A DNA stretch of 64,000 nucleotides from NCBI GenBank assembly GCA_031278655.1, contig JAITJZ010000062.1:82-64081 (forward strand). Direction: 5' to 3'. The first letter of the stretch is position 1. Every line of letters starts with the position of its first letter. Source of the stretch: Bifidobacteriaceae bacterium (lineage in GTDB: Bacteria; Actinomycetota; Actinomycetes; Actinomycetales; WQXJ01). Position numbers and translations under genes: made by a program. The notes beneath the pieces are model-generated. The model was not told the origin of the DNA. It did no database searches and saw nothing but the letters and a program-made list of their open reading frames with translations. Of the stretch, positions 36,153 through 44,517 are shown one piece after another.

Positions 36153-37191
36153 GGCGGCCGCCGGGCGGGGCCGACCCGCGCCCGGCGGCCGGACGCCCGG
36201 TCACGGCCCGGGCGGGCGCCGGGCCGGGCTGGCGCTGGGGATCGGCTCATACGCCATGTGGGGCGTGCTGCCGCTGTACCTGGTCTTGACGCGCCCGGCG
36301 GGCGCGCTGGAAGTGATCGCGCACCGCGTCATCTGGTCGGCGCTGGCGCTGGTCGTCATCGGCGCGGCCACCAGGCAGACGGCGGAGCTGAGGCGGGCCT
36401 TCGCCGACAGCAAGACATTGGCCGTGCTGACCGCCGCCGGCGCCCTGCTGACCGTCAACTGGCTGGTCTTCGTCTGGGCCGTCTTCCATGACCGCCTGGT
36501 CGACGCCGCCCTCGGCTACTTCATGAACCCCCTGATCAGCGTGCTGCTCGGGGTTGTGCTCCTGGGCGAGCGGCTGCGCCCGGCGCAGTGGGCGGCGGTT
36601 GGGATCGGCGCTGGCGCAGTGATCGTGGTGGGGATCGGCGTCGATTCCTTCCCCTGGGTGGCGCCGGCGCTGGCCTTCAGCTTCGGCTTCTACGGCTACA
36701 TCGAGAAGCGGGTCGGCGCCCGCGTCACGGCGCTGACCTCGCTGAGCGTCGAGACCCTGGTCGTGGCGCCGGCGGCGCTGGTCTGCGCGGCGGCGCTGAT
36801 GGCGGGCGGCCAGGCCGCATTCGGCGTCCGAGGCCCCTGGCACACGCTGGCGATGATCGGCCTCGGCCTGGCCACAGTCGCGCCGCTGCTGGCCTTCAAC
36901 GGGGCCGCGCGGCGCCTGCCGCTGTCGGTGCTCGGCTTCCTGCAGTACCTGGCGCCGGTGATGCAGTTCGTCATCGGCGTGGTCGTCTTCCGCGAAACCA
37001 TGCCGGCCGCCCGCTGGGCCGGTTTCGTGATCGTTTGGGTGGCGTTGATCGTTTTGTCCGCCGATGCCGTCTGGTCCGGTCGGCGGGTCCGGCGGGTCCG
37101 GCGGGTCCGGCGGGTCCGGCGGGTCCGGCGGGCCCAACCGGGGGCAGGCCGGGCGTCGCGGCGCCTCAGGTCGCCTCGACCAGAGCCTTGA
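36145..37191 (+). CDS. rarD: EamA/RarD-family transporter with an Arg-rich repeat tail
   Basis: GIGSYAMWGVLPLY is an RarD-type opening and the protein has 10 predicted transmembrane segments. The C-terminus reads RRVRRVRRVRRVRRV. Confidence 0.8.
   Translation: MAEAAAGRGRPAPGGRTPGHGPGGRRAGLALGIGSYAMWGVLPLYLVLTRPAGALEVIAHRVIWSALALVVIGAATRQTAELRRAFADSKTLAVLTAAGALLTVNWLVFVWAVFHDRLVDAALGYFMNPLISVLLGVVLLGERLRPAQWAAVGIGAGAVIVVGIGVDSFPWVAPALAFSFGFYGYIEKRVGARVTALTSLSVETLVVAPAALVCAAALMAGGQAAFGVRGPWHTLAMIGLGLATVAPLLAFNGAARRLPLSVLGFLQYLAPVMQFVIGVVVFRETMPAARWAGFVIVWVALIVLSADAVWSGRRVRRVRRVRRVRRVRRAQPGAGRASRRLRSPRPEP
37081..37134. repeat. 9-bp tandem repeat cggcgggtc x5 plus one variant copy
   Basis: Read directly from the sequence. 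It encodes (RRV)n at the RarD C-terminus. Confidence 0.95.
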
Positions 37192-37807
37192 GGTTCTTCA
37201 ACTGGCGGCGCGTGGCCCAGAACCAGATCCAGCCGGTGACGGCGGTGGCGGCCCCGACCCATCGGCGCGTCCACGACGAGCGCTCGCGCACCAGCAGGCG
37301 GGTGGCTCCGCCCTCGAGCGGCTCGAGCACAAAGGCCCAGGTCTTGATCCAGGGCTGGAGGGGAACTTGGTGCTCGTCGGCGTGCAGCACCAAGGCCCGG
37401 TTCGGCCGCAGGTCCTTGACCTGGAAGACCATGCGGTCGCCCAGTTCGACGGCGTCCCCCAGGCGCAGGTTCTGGAACTTTGGGATGATCCTTGAGGCGG
37501 ACGCGGTCGGCACCGATGAGATCAGCGCGGCCCACGAGTCGTAGGAGTACCAGCCGCCCCGGCCCATGCCCATCTGCACCAACCAGGGCCAGACGGAGTC
37601 AGGCGCGGCCTGAATGGTGATGGCGCGAGTCGATTCGAAAACCGGGTTGGCGATGAGGTCGTCGCCGGGCAGGGGGGCGGCTCGCTCGTCGGCGGTGGCG
37701 CCCCAACCGCGGTGCAACCGCGCTCCTATGGCGATCCCGCCGACCACAGCCAAACCGGCGCCGACGCCCCAAACTCTGCGCAACGTCATCGGACAATCAT
37801 GGCACAT
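37166..37807 (-). CDS. SRPBCC-fold protein
   Basis: Contains AAPDSVWPWLVQMGMGRGGWYSYD and RLLVRERS. An N-terminal hydrophobic segment is present. An alternative start lies at 37789. Confidence 0.55.
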   Translation of the reverse strand: MCHDCPMTLRRVWGVGAGLAVVGGIAIGARLHRGWGATADERAAPLPGDDLIANPVFESTRAITIQAAPDSVWPWLVQMGMGRGGWYSYDSWAALISSVPTASASRIIPKFQNLRLGDAVELGDRMVFQVKDLRPNRALVLHADEHQVPLQPWIKTWAFVLEPLEGGATRLLVRERSSWTRRWVGAATAVTGWIWFWATRRQLKNLKALVEAT

Positions 37808-37840
37808 TCGGGGCCAAGTGTGACCTGGGTCACATCGGCC

Positions 37841-38923
37841 TCAGGCGTCCAGGAGCGGCGCCGACGTCTCGTCGAACGCCCGCAGGCGGGTGAAGACCGC
37901 CCAGACCACAGCCACGCACGGCACCGCCACTATGGCCCCGACCACCCCGGCCACCAGGGCGCCCGCCACAACCGTGCTGGCGACGACCACCGGATGCAGG
38001 CGCACCTGTTTGGACATGATCAGCGGCTGCAGCAGGTGGCCCTCGATCTGGCCGATCAGCGCCACCAGCGCCACCACCGCCAGCGCCCACCACGGCCCCT
38101 TGGCGGCGAGGGCCACAACCACGGCGACGGTCATGGCGATGGCTGAGCCGACGTAAGGGATGAAGGTGCCCATGGCCACCAGCACGCCTATGGGCGTGGC
38201 CAGCGGTATGCCCATGATGGTCAGGGCCAGTCCGGCGAAGATCCCGTTGGTCAGGCCGACGATGGCGATCCCGCGGGTGTAGCCGGAGAAGGTCGCCCAG
38301 GCGGCGCGGCCGGCGGCGTCGAGTTTGGCGGCGGCGGCGGGGCGCACCTGGCTCAGCGCCCAGCGCCACATCGAGGTCCCGGAGTTGACGAAGAAAATGG
38401 AGCAGAACAGCGCCAGGACCAGCCCCGTCAGGACTTCGGCCACAAAGCCGAAGCGGGTGATGACCTCGCCCAGCAGCATTGACGAGTTCTTCTCGATCCA
38501 GTCGCTGAGGGCGCCGGTGACCTTGCCCAGGTCGAGGTCCTCGTAGGGCGGCGGCAGCCTCGAGAGCATGTCGTTGATGGCGTCGATGCCGTTGACCAGC
38601 TCCTGCGTCAGGCGCGGGATTTGGTTGGCGACGCTGACCCCCACAAAGGTGCCGATTCCGCCCATCGCCGCCACCGCCACGACGAAGCCGATGGCCGTGG
38701 CCAGGGCTCGCGGCATCCAGGCGATCCGGCCGATCAGGCCGACCAGCGGCCGCAGCACGGCCGCGATCACGAAGGAGCCGAACAGGGCCACCGCCACCAA
38801 CTCGACCTGCCCCACTATCACCAGGGCCACATAGGCGGCGCCCGCCAAGACCAGGACGCGCCAGGCGTTCCCGGCCGCGGTCTTGAGCCAGGCGGGAACT
38901 TCGGGGGTGCGCTCAGGCGTCAT
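37841..38923 (-). CDS. AI-2E family transporter (PerM-like)
   Basis: Eight transmembrane segments, and GTFIPYVGSAIA is typical of the family. AGGAGG lies upstream of ATG 38923. Confidence 0.8.
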   Translation of the reverse strand: MTPERTPEVPAWLKTAAGNAWRVLVLAGAAYVALVIVGQVELVAVALFGSFVIAAVLRPLVGLIGRIAWMPRALATAIGFVVAVAAMGGIGTFVGVSVANQIPRLTQELVNGIDAINDMLSRLPPPYEDLDLGKVTGALSDWIEKNSSMLLGEVITRFGFVAEVLTGLVLALFCSIFFVNSGTSMWRWALSQVRPAAAAKLDAAGRAAWATFSGYTRGIAIVGLTNGIFAGLALTIMGIPLATPIGVLVAMGTFIPYVGSAIAMTVAVVVALAAKGPWWALAVVALVALIGQIEGHLLQPLIMSKQVRLHPVVVASTVVAGALVAGVVGAIVAVPCVAVVWAVFTRLRAFDETSAPLLDA

Positions 38924-38996
38924 TCCGGCCTCCTAGGTGTCTGCTCGCGGCTTCGGGGGTGAGTCAACTGGCCATGGTATCTTGTCTTGGCTACGA

Positions 38997-39082
38997 GTCC
39001 GAGTGGCGGAATTGGCAGACGCGCTAGCTTGAGGTGCTAGTGCCCTTAACGGGGCATGGGGGTTCAAGTCCCCCCTCGGACA
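38997..39082 (+). tRNA. tRNA-Leu (anticodon GAG), class II with a long variable arm; CCA not encoded
   Basis: The acceptor stem gtccgag/ctcggac is perfect. The D-arm is gcggaattggcagacgc. The anticodon stem is ctagc/gctag with loop ttGAGgt. The variable arm is tgcccttaacggggca, and the T-arm ggggg-ttcaagt-ccccc. Confidence 0.9.
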
Positions 39083-39097
39083 CAGTAAACCCGCAGG

Positions 39098-39475
39098 TCA
39101 GTGGGATGGGCGGCCCCTCAGGCGGTCGAGTTGGCGGCGCTCGGCCTTGGTCGGGCGCCCCGAGCCGCGCTCGCGGCGGGCCAGGGGGATGGCCTCGGCT
39201 TGGTGGCGCGGTGCCGGCGGCGGCGAATGATCTTCCAGCGCCTCGGCCGCCAAGGCCGCTCCGACGCGCTTGACCAGCGGTTTCACAACGATCACAATCC
39301 GCTCGCGGGGGCCGCCGCGAACATGGACCTCGTCGCCGGGGGCGACCAGCTGGGACGGCTTGGCCTTGTCGCCGTTGACGCGGACATGCCCGGCCTTGCA
39401 GGCCGCCGCCGCCAGGGAACGCGACCTGAACAGCCGCACCGCCCACATCCAGGAATCGACCCGCGCCTTGTCCAC
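39098..39475 (-). CDS. S4-domain RNA-binding protein (Hsp15-like)
   Basis: The S4 fold is recognisable in RVDSWMWAVRLFRSRSLAAAACKAGHVRVNGDKAKPSQLVAPGDEVHV. Confidence 0.8.
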   Translation of the reverse strand: MDKARVDSWMWAVRLFRSRSLAAAACKAGHVRVNGDKAKPSQLVAPGDEVHVRGGPRERIVIVVKPLVKRVGAALAAEALEDHSPPPAPRHQAEAIPLARRERGSGRPTKAERRQLDRLRGRPSH

Positions 39476-39549
39476 GCGGTCTATTCCACCACGGGAACGG
39501 CCCCGGCCACGAGTCCGGCCCGGCCGCGGCGACGGCCTAACCTAGAGGC

Positions 39550-40359
39550 ATGAGAATCGGCTTTGTCGGCGCCGGCAACATGGCTGGCGCCATCATCACT
39601 GGAGTGGTCGAGGGCGGGCTCGTCGCCGCCGGGGAGATCGGCGCGCATGACCCGGACGCGCGCAAGGTCAAAGAACTCGCCGAACGCGCCGGGATCGTGG
39701 CGCTGGCTGGGAACGAAGAAGTCGTGGCGACATCGGACACGGTGGTGTTGGCGGTCAAACCGCAGTACGTTCCCGGCGTCCTGGAACAGATCGGCGGCCT
39801 GATCGTCGCCAAACGCCCGCTGGTGGTCTCGATCGCGGCCGGGCTGACGCTGAAGCACTTGGACGGCTGGTTGGGGCCGAACGTGCCGGTGGTCCGCGTC
39901 ATGCCGAACATCAACGCCATGGTTGGCCAGAGCATGTCGGCGGTGACGGGCAACGCGGTGGCGACCGACTCCCAAATTGACTCGGTGCTGAGACTGTTCG
40001 GCGGCATCGGACGGGCGATCCGCCTCGAGGAGCGGCTGTTCCCGGCCTTCGGGGCGGTGGCGGGGGCCTCGCCGGCCTGGGTTTTCCTGTTCGTGGACGC
40101 GCTGGCGCGCGGGGGGCTGGCCGCTGGCATGACCAAGCAGGAGGCGCGCGAGGCCGCCGTCCAAGCGGTGCTGGGCTCGGCGGCGCTGCTGCAGCAGACC
40201 GGCGAGCACCCCTGGCAGTTGATCGACAAGGTGTCCTCGCCCGGCGGCACCACCGTGGCGGGGATGAACGCGCTGGAGGACAGGGGGTTCTCGGCCGCGG
40301 TGGTGGCGGCCGTGGCCGCCAGCGTCAGGCGCGACGGCGAATTGGGCGTCAGCCGCTGA
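39550..40359 (+). CDS. proC: pyrroline-5-carboxylate reductase
   Basis: Contains MRIGFVGAGNMAGAII and SSPGGTTVAG. TAACCT lies 6 nt upstream of the ATG. Confidence 0.9.
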   Translation: MRIGFVGAGNMAGAIITGVVEGGLVAAGEIGAHDPDARKVKELAERAGIVALAGNEEVVATSDTVVLAVKPQYVPGVLEQIGGLIVAKRPLVVSIAAGLTLKHLDGWLGPNVPVVRVMPNINAMVGQSMSAVTGNAVATDSQIDSVLRLFGGIGRAIRLEERLFPAFGAVAGASPAWVFLFVDALARGGLAAGMTKQEAREAAVQAVLGSAALLQQTGEHPWQLIDKVSSPGGTTVAGMNALEDRGFSAAVVAAVAASVRRDGELGVSR

Positions 40360-40390
40360 CCGCCGCCGGCGCGCCGCCGCCCGCGGGCGC

Positions 40391-41431
40391 TCAGTTCTTC
40401 AGCGCAGCGGTCAGCTTGACCGGGTTGTGGTCTGAGAACTCGAAGTCCTCGTCGAGCGTCTGGACCGCTTTGACCTCGACGTTCGGCGAGGCGATGAAGC
40501 CGTCGATGCCGTAGAGCTGGTTGTCGCCGTCCCAGGGCGCGTCGTTCAGCCGCGAGGTCGGGGCTGAGGCGTCGTTGGCGACGGTCCAACCGGCGGGCAG
40601 GGCCGCGGCGTCGAAGACGCCGGGCGTCCAGTTGTCGGAGACCTTGGGGTAGTCCACGCCGGGGAAGGACTGGTTGAAGTCGCCGCCGGCGATCACGTAG
40701 TTGCCCTTGGCGTATTCGTCCAGCAGCAATTCGACCAGCATGGCCATCTGCTCGGCCCGGCCGGCGCCGTCCTCATAGGCCTCCAGGTGCAGGTTGACCA
40801 GCACCAATTCCTTGCCGCCGGCCACTTCGACGCGCTCCACCAGCAGGCAGCGTTTGAGGTTGAACAGCCGCACCGGCCAGTCGAACGGCACCGGCAGCGC
40901 CACCCGCGTCGCCTCGGTCGCTTCCAGTCCGGTGATGGTGACCAGGCCGGAGTCGACTTTGCCGATCGGCGGCCAGGGGTAGGGCGTGAACATCGACTTG
41001 AAGTTGGGCGCGTAGGCGGCCGTGGCGCCGATGGTGTCGCTCAGGCGGGCGACCTGGTCCAGGTCGTAGGACCGGTGCGAGTCGGAGTCGACTTCTTGCA
41101 GCAGGTAGACGTCGGCCGGGTTGTCTTTGATGGTGGTGACGATCCCGTCGAGGTTGGCCTCGACGTCGGCGCGTTCTGGCGGGCGCACCATGTCGCCGCC
41201 GTCCATGAAGAAGTCCTGGTTCTTGCCCAGCCCGCCGTAGCCGATGTTGAAGCTGAGCAGTGTCAACTCGTCGCCCGGGGCCAGGTCCGGGGCGGTCGCC
41301 TCGCCCCTGATGGTCAGCGCCTCGCTGGCCTTGGGACGGTATTCGGTGACGCTGGCGACCCCCAGGAAGACGGCGGCGGCGACCACCACCGCCAGGACGA
41401 GCGTGCCGATGAGCTTGATCAAGGTGCGCAT
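40391..41431 (-). CDS. endonuclease/exonuclease/phosphatase (EEP) family protein with an N-terminal membrane anchor
   Basis: MRTLIKLIGTLVLAVVVAAAVFL forms the anchor. LLSFNIGYGG, LLQEVD and SDHNPV are EEP motifs. The 517-aa track ORF is an N-extension. Confidence 0.8.
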   Translation of the reverse strand: MRTLIKLIGTLVLAVVVAAAVFLGVASVTEYRPKASEALTIRGEATAPDLAPGDELTLLSFNIGYGGLGKNQDFFMDGGDMVRPPERADVEANLDGIVTTIKDNPADVYLLQEVDSDSHRSYDLDQVARLSDTIGATAAYAPNFKSMFTPYPWPPIGKVDSGLVTITGLEATEATRVALPVPFDWPVRLFNLKRCLLVERVEVAGGKELVLVNLHLEAYEDGAGRAEQMAMLVELLLDEYAKGNYVIAGGDFNQSFPGVDYPKVSDNWTPGVFDAAALPAGWTVANDASAPTSRLNDAPWDGDNQLYGIDGFIASPNVEVKAVQTLDEDFEFSDHNPVKLTAALKN

Positions 41432-41444
41432 AGGATCGAGTCTA
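41431..41444. promoter_or_regulatory. interlocked -10 hexamers in the 12-bp gap between the divergent EEP and LMW-PTP genes
   Basis: On the plus strand TAGGAT (41431-41436) is followed by 7 nt and ATG 41444. On the minus strand TAGACT (41444-41439) is followed by 7 nt and ATG 41431. Each hexamer shares a base with the other gene's start codon. Confidence 0.45.
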
Positions 41445-41941
41445 TGGCCCGTTCCCCGTTTCTCATCCAAACCGTCTGCACCGGCAACATTTGCCGTTCG
41501 CCGATGGCCGCCGCCGTCTTGGCGGCTTTTTTCGACGATGCCGTCTGGTCCGGCAGAGTTCGGATCGGCTCGTCCGGGGTTTCCGCCGAGGAGCACGGCA
41601 ACCCGATCGACCCGCGCGCGGCCCGCGCCTTGCGCCGGCGCGGCTACAGCCCGGACCTCGGCCACCGGGCGCATCGCATCACCCGGGAGGAGATCGAGAC
41701 CACGGACCTGATCCTGCCGGCGACTTTTCATCACTACCGGGCTTTGACCGCGCGCGGGGCCGACCGGGGCGCGGTCAAGATGATGCGGCAGTTCGACCCG
41801 GCCGCGGCCGGGACGCCGCCGGGCTTCGCCCTCGACATCGAGGACCCCTGGTACGGGGTGGACCAGGACTTTGACATTGCCCTGGATCAGATTGAGGCGG
41901 CCGCCCCCGGCGTGGTCGAATATGTCCGTGGCCGCATCTGA
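41444..41941 (+). CDS. low-molecular-weight protein-tyrosine phosphatase
   Basis: CTGNICRSPMA is the CX5R(S/T) P-loop, and DPWYG is the DP loop. The protein is 165 aa. Confidence 0.9.
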   Translation: MARSPFLIQTVCTGNICRSPMAAAVLAAFFDDAVWSGRVRIGSSGVSAEEHGNPIDPRAARALRRRGYSPDLGHRAHRITREEIETTDLILPATFHHYRALTARGADRGAVKMMRQFDPAAAGTPPGFALDIEDPWYGVDQDFDIALDQIEAAAPGVVEYVRGRI

Positions 41942-42932
41942 CAAGGTGGGGGACCAGGGCCGGCGCGACCCGGCCGACGCCTGGTTCGACTGCGCCTGCG
42001 GCCAGCGGCATTGGGGTTCCAGGGGCGCGGCCGGGCTGCTGGTCTGGCGCGGCGACCGGGTGCTGCTGCAACTGCGCGGCCCCCGCTCGCACCACGGCGG
42101 CAGTTGGGGTCTGCCGGGCGGCGCCCGCCAGACCGGCGAGCCGCCGCTGGCGGCGGCCCTGCGCGAGGGCCGCGAGGAGACCGGGCTGAATCCGGCCGGG
42201 CTGCGCCCGGCCTGGTGGTCGATCGCCGACCACGGCGGCTGGTCCTACACCACCATCGCGGCCGAGGCGGCCGCCGACCCCGCCCTGATCGACCCCGCCC
42301 CAGCTGAGGCTGGGGCCGCGAAGGCGGGCGGCGCCGGCGCGCCCGCCGGCCCGGCGCCGGGCGGCGACCGGCTGATCGGCGGCCAGCCGAACTGGGAGAC
42401 CAGCGCCCTGGCCTGGGTGGCGCGCGAGCGCGTCGCCGACCGCCAACTGCACCCGGGCCTGGCGGCCGCCTGGCCGGCGCTGGAACCATTGATCGGGCGG
42501 CGCCTGACGGTGGTTGTGGACGCCGCCAACGTGGTCGGATCGCGCCCGGACGGCTGGTGGCGGGACCGGGCCGGGGCCGCCGCCAGGCTCCGCGACCGAC
42601 TCGAGGCCGTGGTGGCCGCCGGCCTGGCCAACATCTGGTCCGAACAACCAAACGGTTGGTGGCCGGAACTGGTGATGGTGGTCGAAGGCCAGGCGCGCGG
42701 CATCGGGCAAGGTGAGAGCGTGCGCGTGGTGGCCGCCCCGGGTGAGGGCGACGACGAGATCGCGGCCCAGGCGCGGCGGGCGGCTGCGGCCGGGGGCGGG
42801 CCGGTGACGGTGGTGACCGCGGACAAAGGCTTGATCGGGCGGCTCGGCGCGGGCGTCGGCGTGATGCGTCCCGGCGAACTGCTGGGGCTCTTGGACCGCG
42901 CCGAGGGCCCGGGCCAGGAGCGTGGCGAATAA
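41922..42932 (+). CDS. NUDIX hydrolase fused to a C-terminal NYN/YacP-like (PIN-like) domain
   Basis: The NUDIX box is GGSWGLPGGARQTGEPPLAAALREGREETGL. The C-terminal region LTVVVDAANVVGSRPDGWWRDRAGAA...VTVVTADKGL resembles YacP/Rae1-type NYN domains. The start is uncertain (41871, 41922 or 41928). Confidence 0.6.
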   Translation: MSVAASDKVGDQGRRDPADAWFDCACGQRHWGSRGAAGLLVWRGDRVLLQLRGPRSHHGGSWGLPGGARQTGEPPLAAALREGREETGLNPAGLRPAWWSIADHGGWSYTTIAAEAAADPALIDPAPAEAGAAKAGGAGAPAGPAPGGDRLIGGQPNWETSALAWVARERVADRQLHPGLAAAWPALEPLIGRRLTVVVDAANVVGSRPDGWWRDRAGAAARLRDRLEAVVAAGLANIWSEQPNGWWPELVMVVEGQARGIGQGESVRVVAAPGEGDDEIAAQARRAAAAGGGPVTVVTADKGLIGRLGAGVGVMRPGELLGLLDRAEGPGQERGE

Positions 42933-42943
42933 CCGCGCTCGGC

Positions 42944-42968
42944 CGTGCCCGCACCGGGCAGCGGCACG
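42944..42968 (+). terminator. hairpin 12 nt after the NUDIX-NYN stop
   Basis: cgtgcc (42944-42949) pairs with ggcacg (42963-42968). An alternative inner stem is gcccg/cgggc. There is no U-tract. Confidence 0.3.
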
Positions 42969-43173
42969 CTGACCAGCGGAAACGCGGAAGGCAAGGACAG
43001 GTTTGGGCTAGCAATCCGGGTTCCTAAGCCGGATTCCCAGGCCGGGACGGCGCCATCACGGTCGCTGAGCGCAACTGGGCGATCCGCTTTCCGGACGCCG
43101 CCGCCGGCAAGCCGCGCCTGGCCGTCCGCCGCGGTTTCAAGGTCGAGGGCGCCCGACCGGGTAAGTTTGGCGG

Positions 43174-44517
43174 ATGGACACCCCAGCCGCGTCGGCCGCG
43201 TCGGCCGAACTCACGGAATTGGCGGACGATGCCGTGCGCATAGTCCGCGACCTCATCCGGTTTGACACCACCAACACCGGCGACGAGCGCTCGAAGGGTG
43301 AGCGCGAGGCCGCCGAATACGTCATCGGGCTGCTCCAGGATTGGGGGTTGGACCCGACCTATGTCGAATCGGCGCCCAGGCGGGGCTCGTTGATGGTCCG
43401 CCTCGAGGGGCGCGACCCGGGCCGTCCGGCCCTGGTCCTGCACGGCCACCTGGATGTGGTGGCGGCCGATCCGGCCGAGTGGGCGGCCGATCCCTTCGGC
43501 GCCGAGATCCGTGACGGCGCCATCTGGGGGCGGGGCGCGGTCGACATGAAGGACATGGACGCGATGATGCTGGCGGTTGTCGGCCATTGGCGGCGGCGCG
43601 GCCTGAAACCGCCGCGCGACGTCATCCTGTGCTTCTTCGCTGACGAGGAGGCGGGCGGGAAACTCGGCAGCCACTGGCTGGTCGACAACCGCCCGGAGTG
43701 GTTCGCGGGCGCGACGGAGGCGGTCTCTGAAGTTGGCGGCTTCTCGGTCGACCTGGCCGGGAGGCGGGCCTACCTGCTGCAGACGGCGGAGAAAGGCATC
43801 GCTTGGTTGCGGCTGGTGGCGCGCGGGACGCCGGGCCACGGCAGCGCCGTCAACCCTGACAACGGCATCGGGCATCTGGTGGCGGCCCTCAGCCGGATCG
43901 CCGCCCAGCCCTGGCCGATCCGCCTGACCCCGACCACCGAGCGGCTGCTGCGCGGCGCCGCCGAACTGACCGGGCTGGCCTTCGACCCGGCCGACCCCGC
44001 CTCGCTCGAGGCCGTCATCGCGGCCTTCGGCCCGGCCAAGCGGTTCGTCGGGGCCTCGGCCGCCACCGGCCTGAATCTGACCTCGCTGGCCGCCGGGTCC
44101 AAGGTCAACGTGGTGCCCGGCCGGGCCGAGGCGACCGTCGACCTGCGGCCGTTGCCGGGCGCGGCCGAATCGGCGTTGGCCCAGGTCGAGCGCCTGGCCG
44201 GCCCGGCGGTCGCGGTCGAGCCGATCCACTTCGATCAGGCGCTGGAGGCGCCGGCGGACGCGCCCATCGTGGACGCCATGCGGGCGGCGCTGGCGGCGGC
44301 CGACCCGCAGGCGGCGGCGCTGCCCTACATGCTGGCCGGCGGCACCGACGGCAAGGCCCTGGCGCGGCTGGGGATCGCCTCCTACGGCTTCGCGCCGCTG
44401 CGCCTGCCCGCAGATTTCGACTTCACCGCCCTGTTCCACGGCGTTGACGAGCGCGTGCCGGTCGACGCTCTGCGCTGGGGCGCCGGCGTGCTGGCCGATT
44501 TCCTGTCCCGCAGTTAA
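43174..44517 (+). CDS. M20/M25/M40 family metallohydrolase
   Basis: Contains LVLHGHLDVV, GRGAVDMKD and FFADEEAGG. TAAGTT lies 6 nt upstream of ATG 43174. Confidence 0.8.
   Translation: MDTPAASAASAELTELADDAVRIVRDLIRFDTTNTGDERSKGEREAAEYVIGLLQDWGLDPTYVESAPRRGSLMVRLEGRDPGRPALVLHGHLDVVAADPAEWAADPFGAEIRDGAIWGRGAVDMKDMDAMMLAVVGHWRRRGLKPPRDVILCFFADEEAGGKLGSHWLVDNRPEWFAGATEAVSEVGGFSVDLAGRRAYLLQTAEKGIAWLRLVARGTPGHGSAVNPDNGIGHLVAALSRIAAQPWPIRLTPTTERLLRGAAELTGLAFDPADPASLEAVIAAFGPAKRFVGASAATGLNLTSLAAGSKVNVVPGRAEATVDLRPLPGAAESALAQVERLAGPAVAVEPIHFDQALEAPADAPIVDAMRAALAAADPQAAALPYMLAGGTDGKALARLGIASYGFAPLRLPADFDFTALFHGVDERVPVDALRWGAGVLADFLSRS

Noticed and set aside
38997-39082. The tRNA-Leu as an integration hotspot with an adjacent island.
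   Set aside because: There is no integrase, no direct repeat of the tRNA 3' end that I could see nearby, and the flanking genes (AI-2E transporter, S4 protein, proC) look core.
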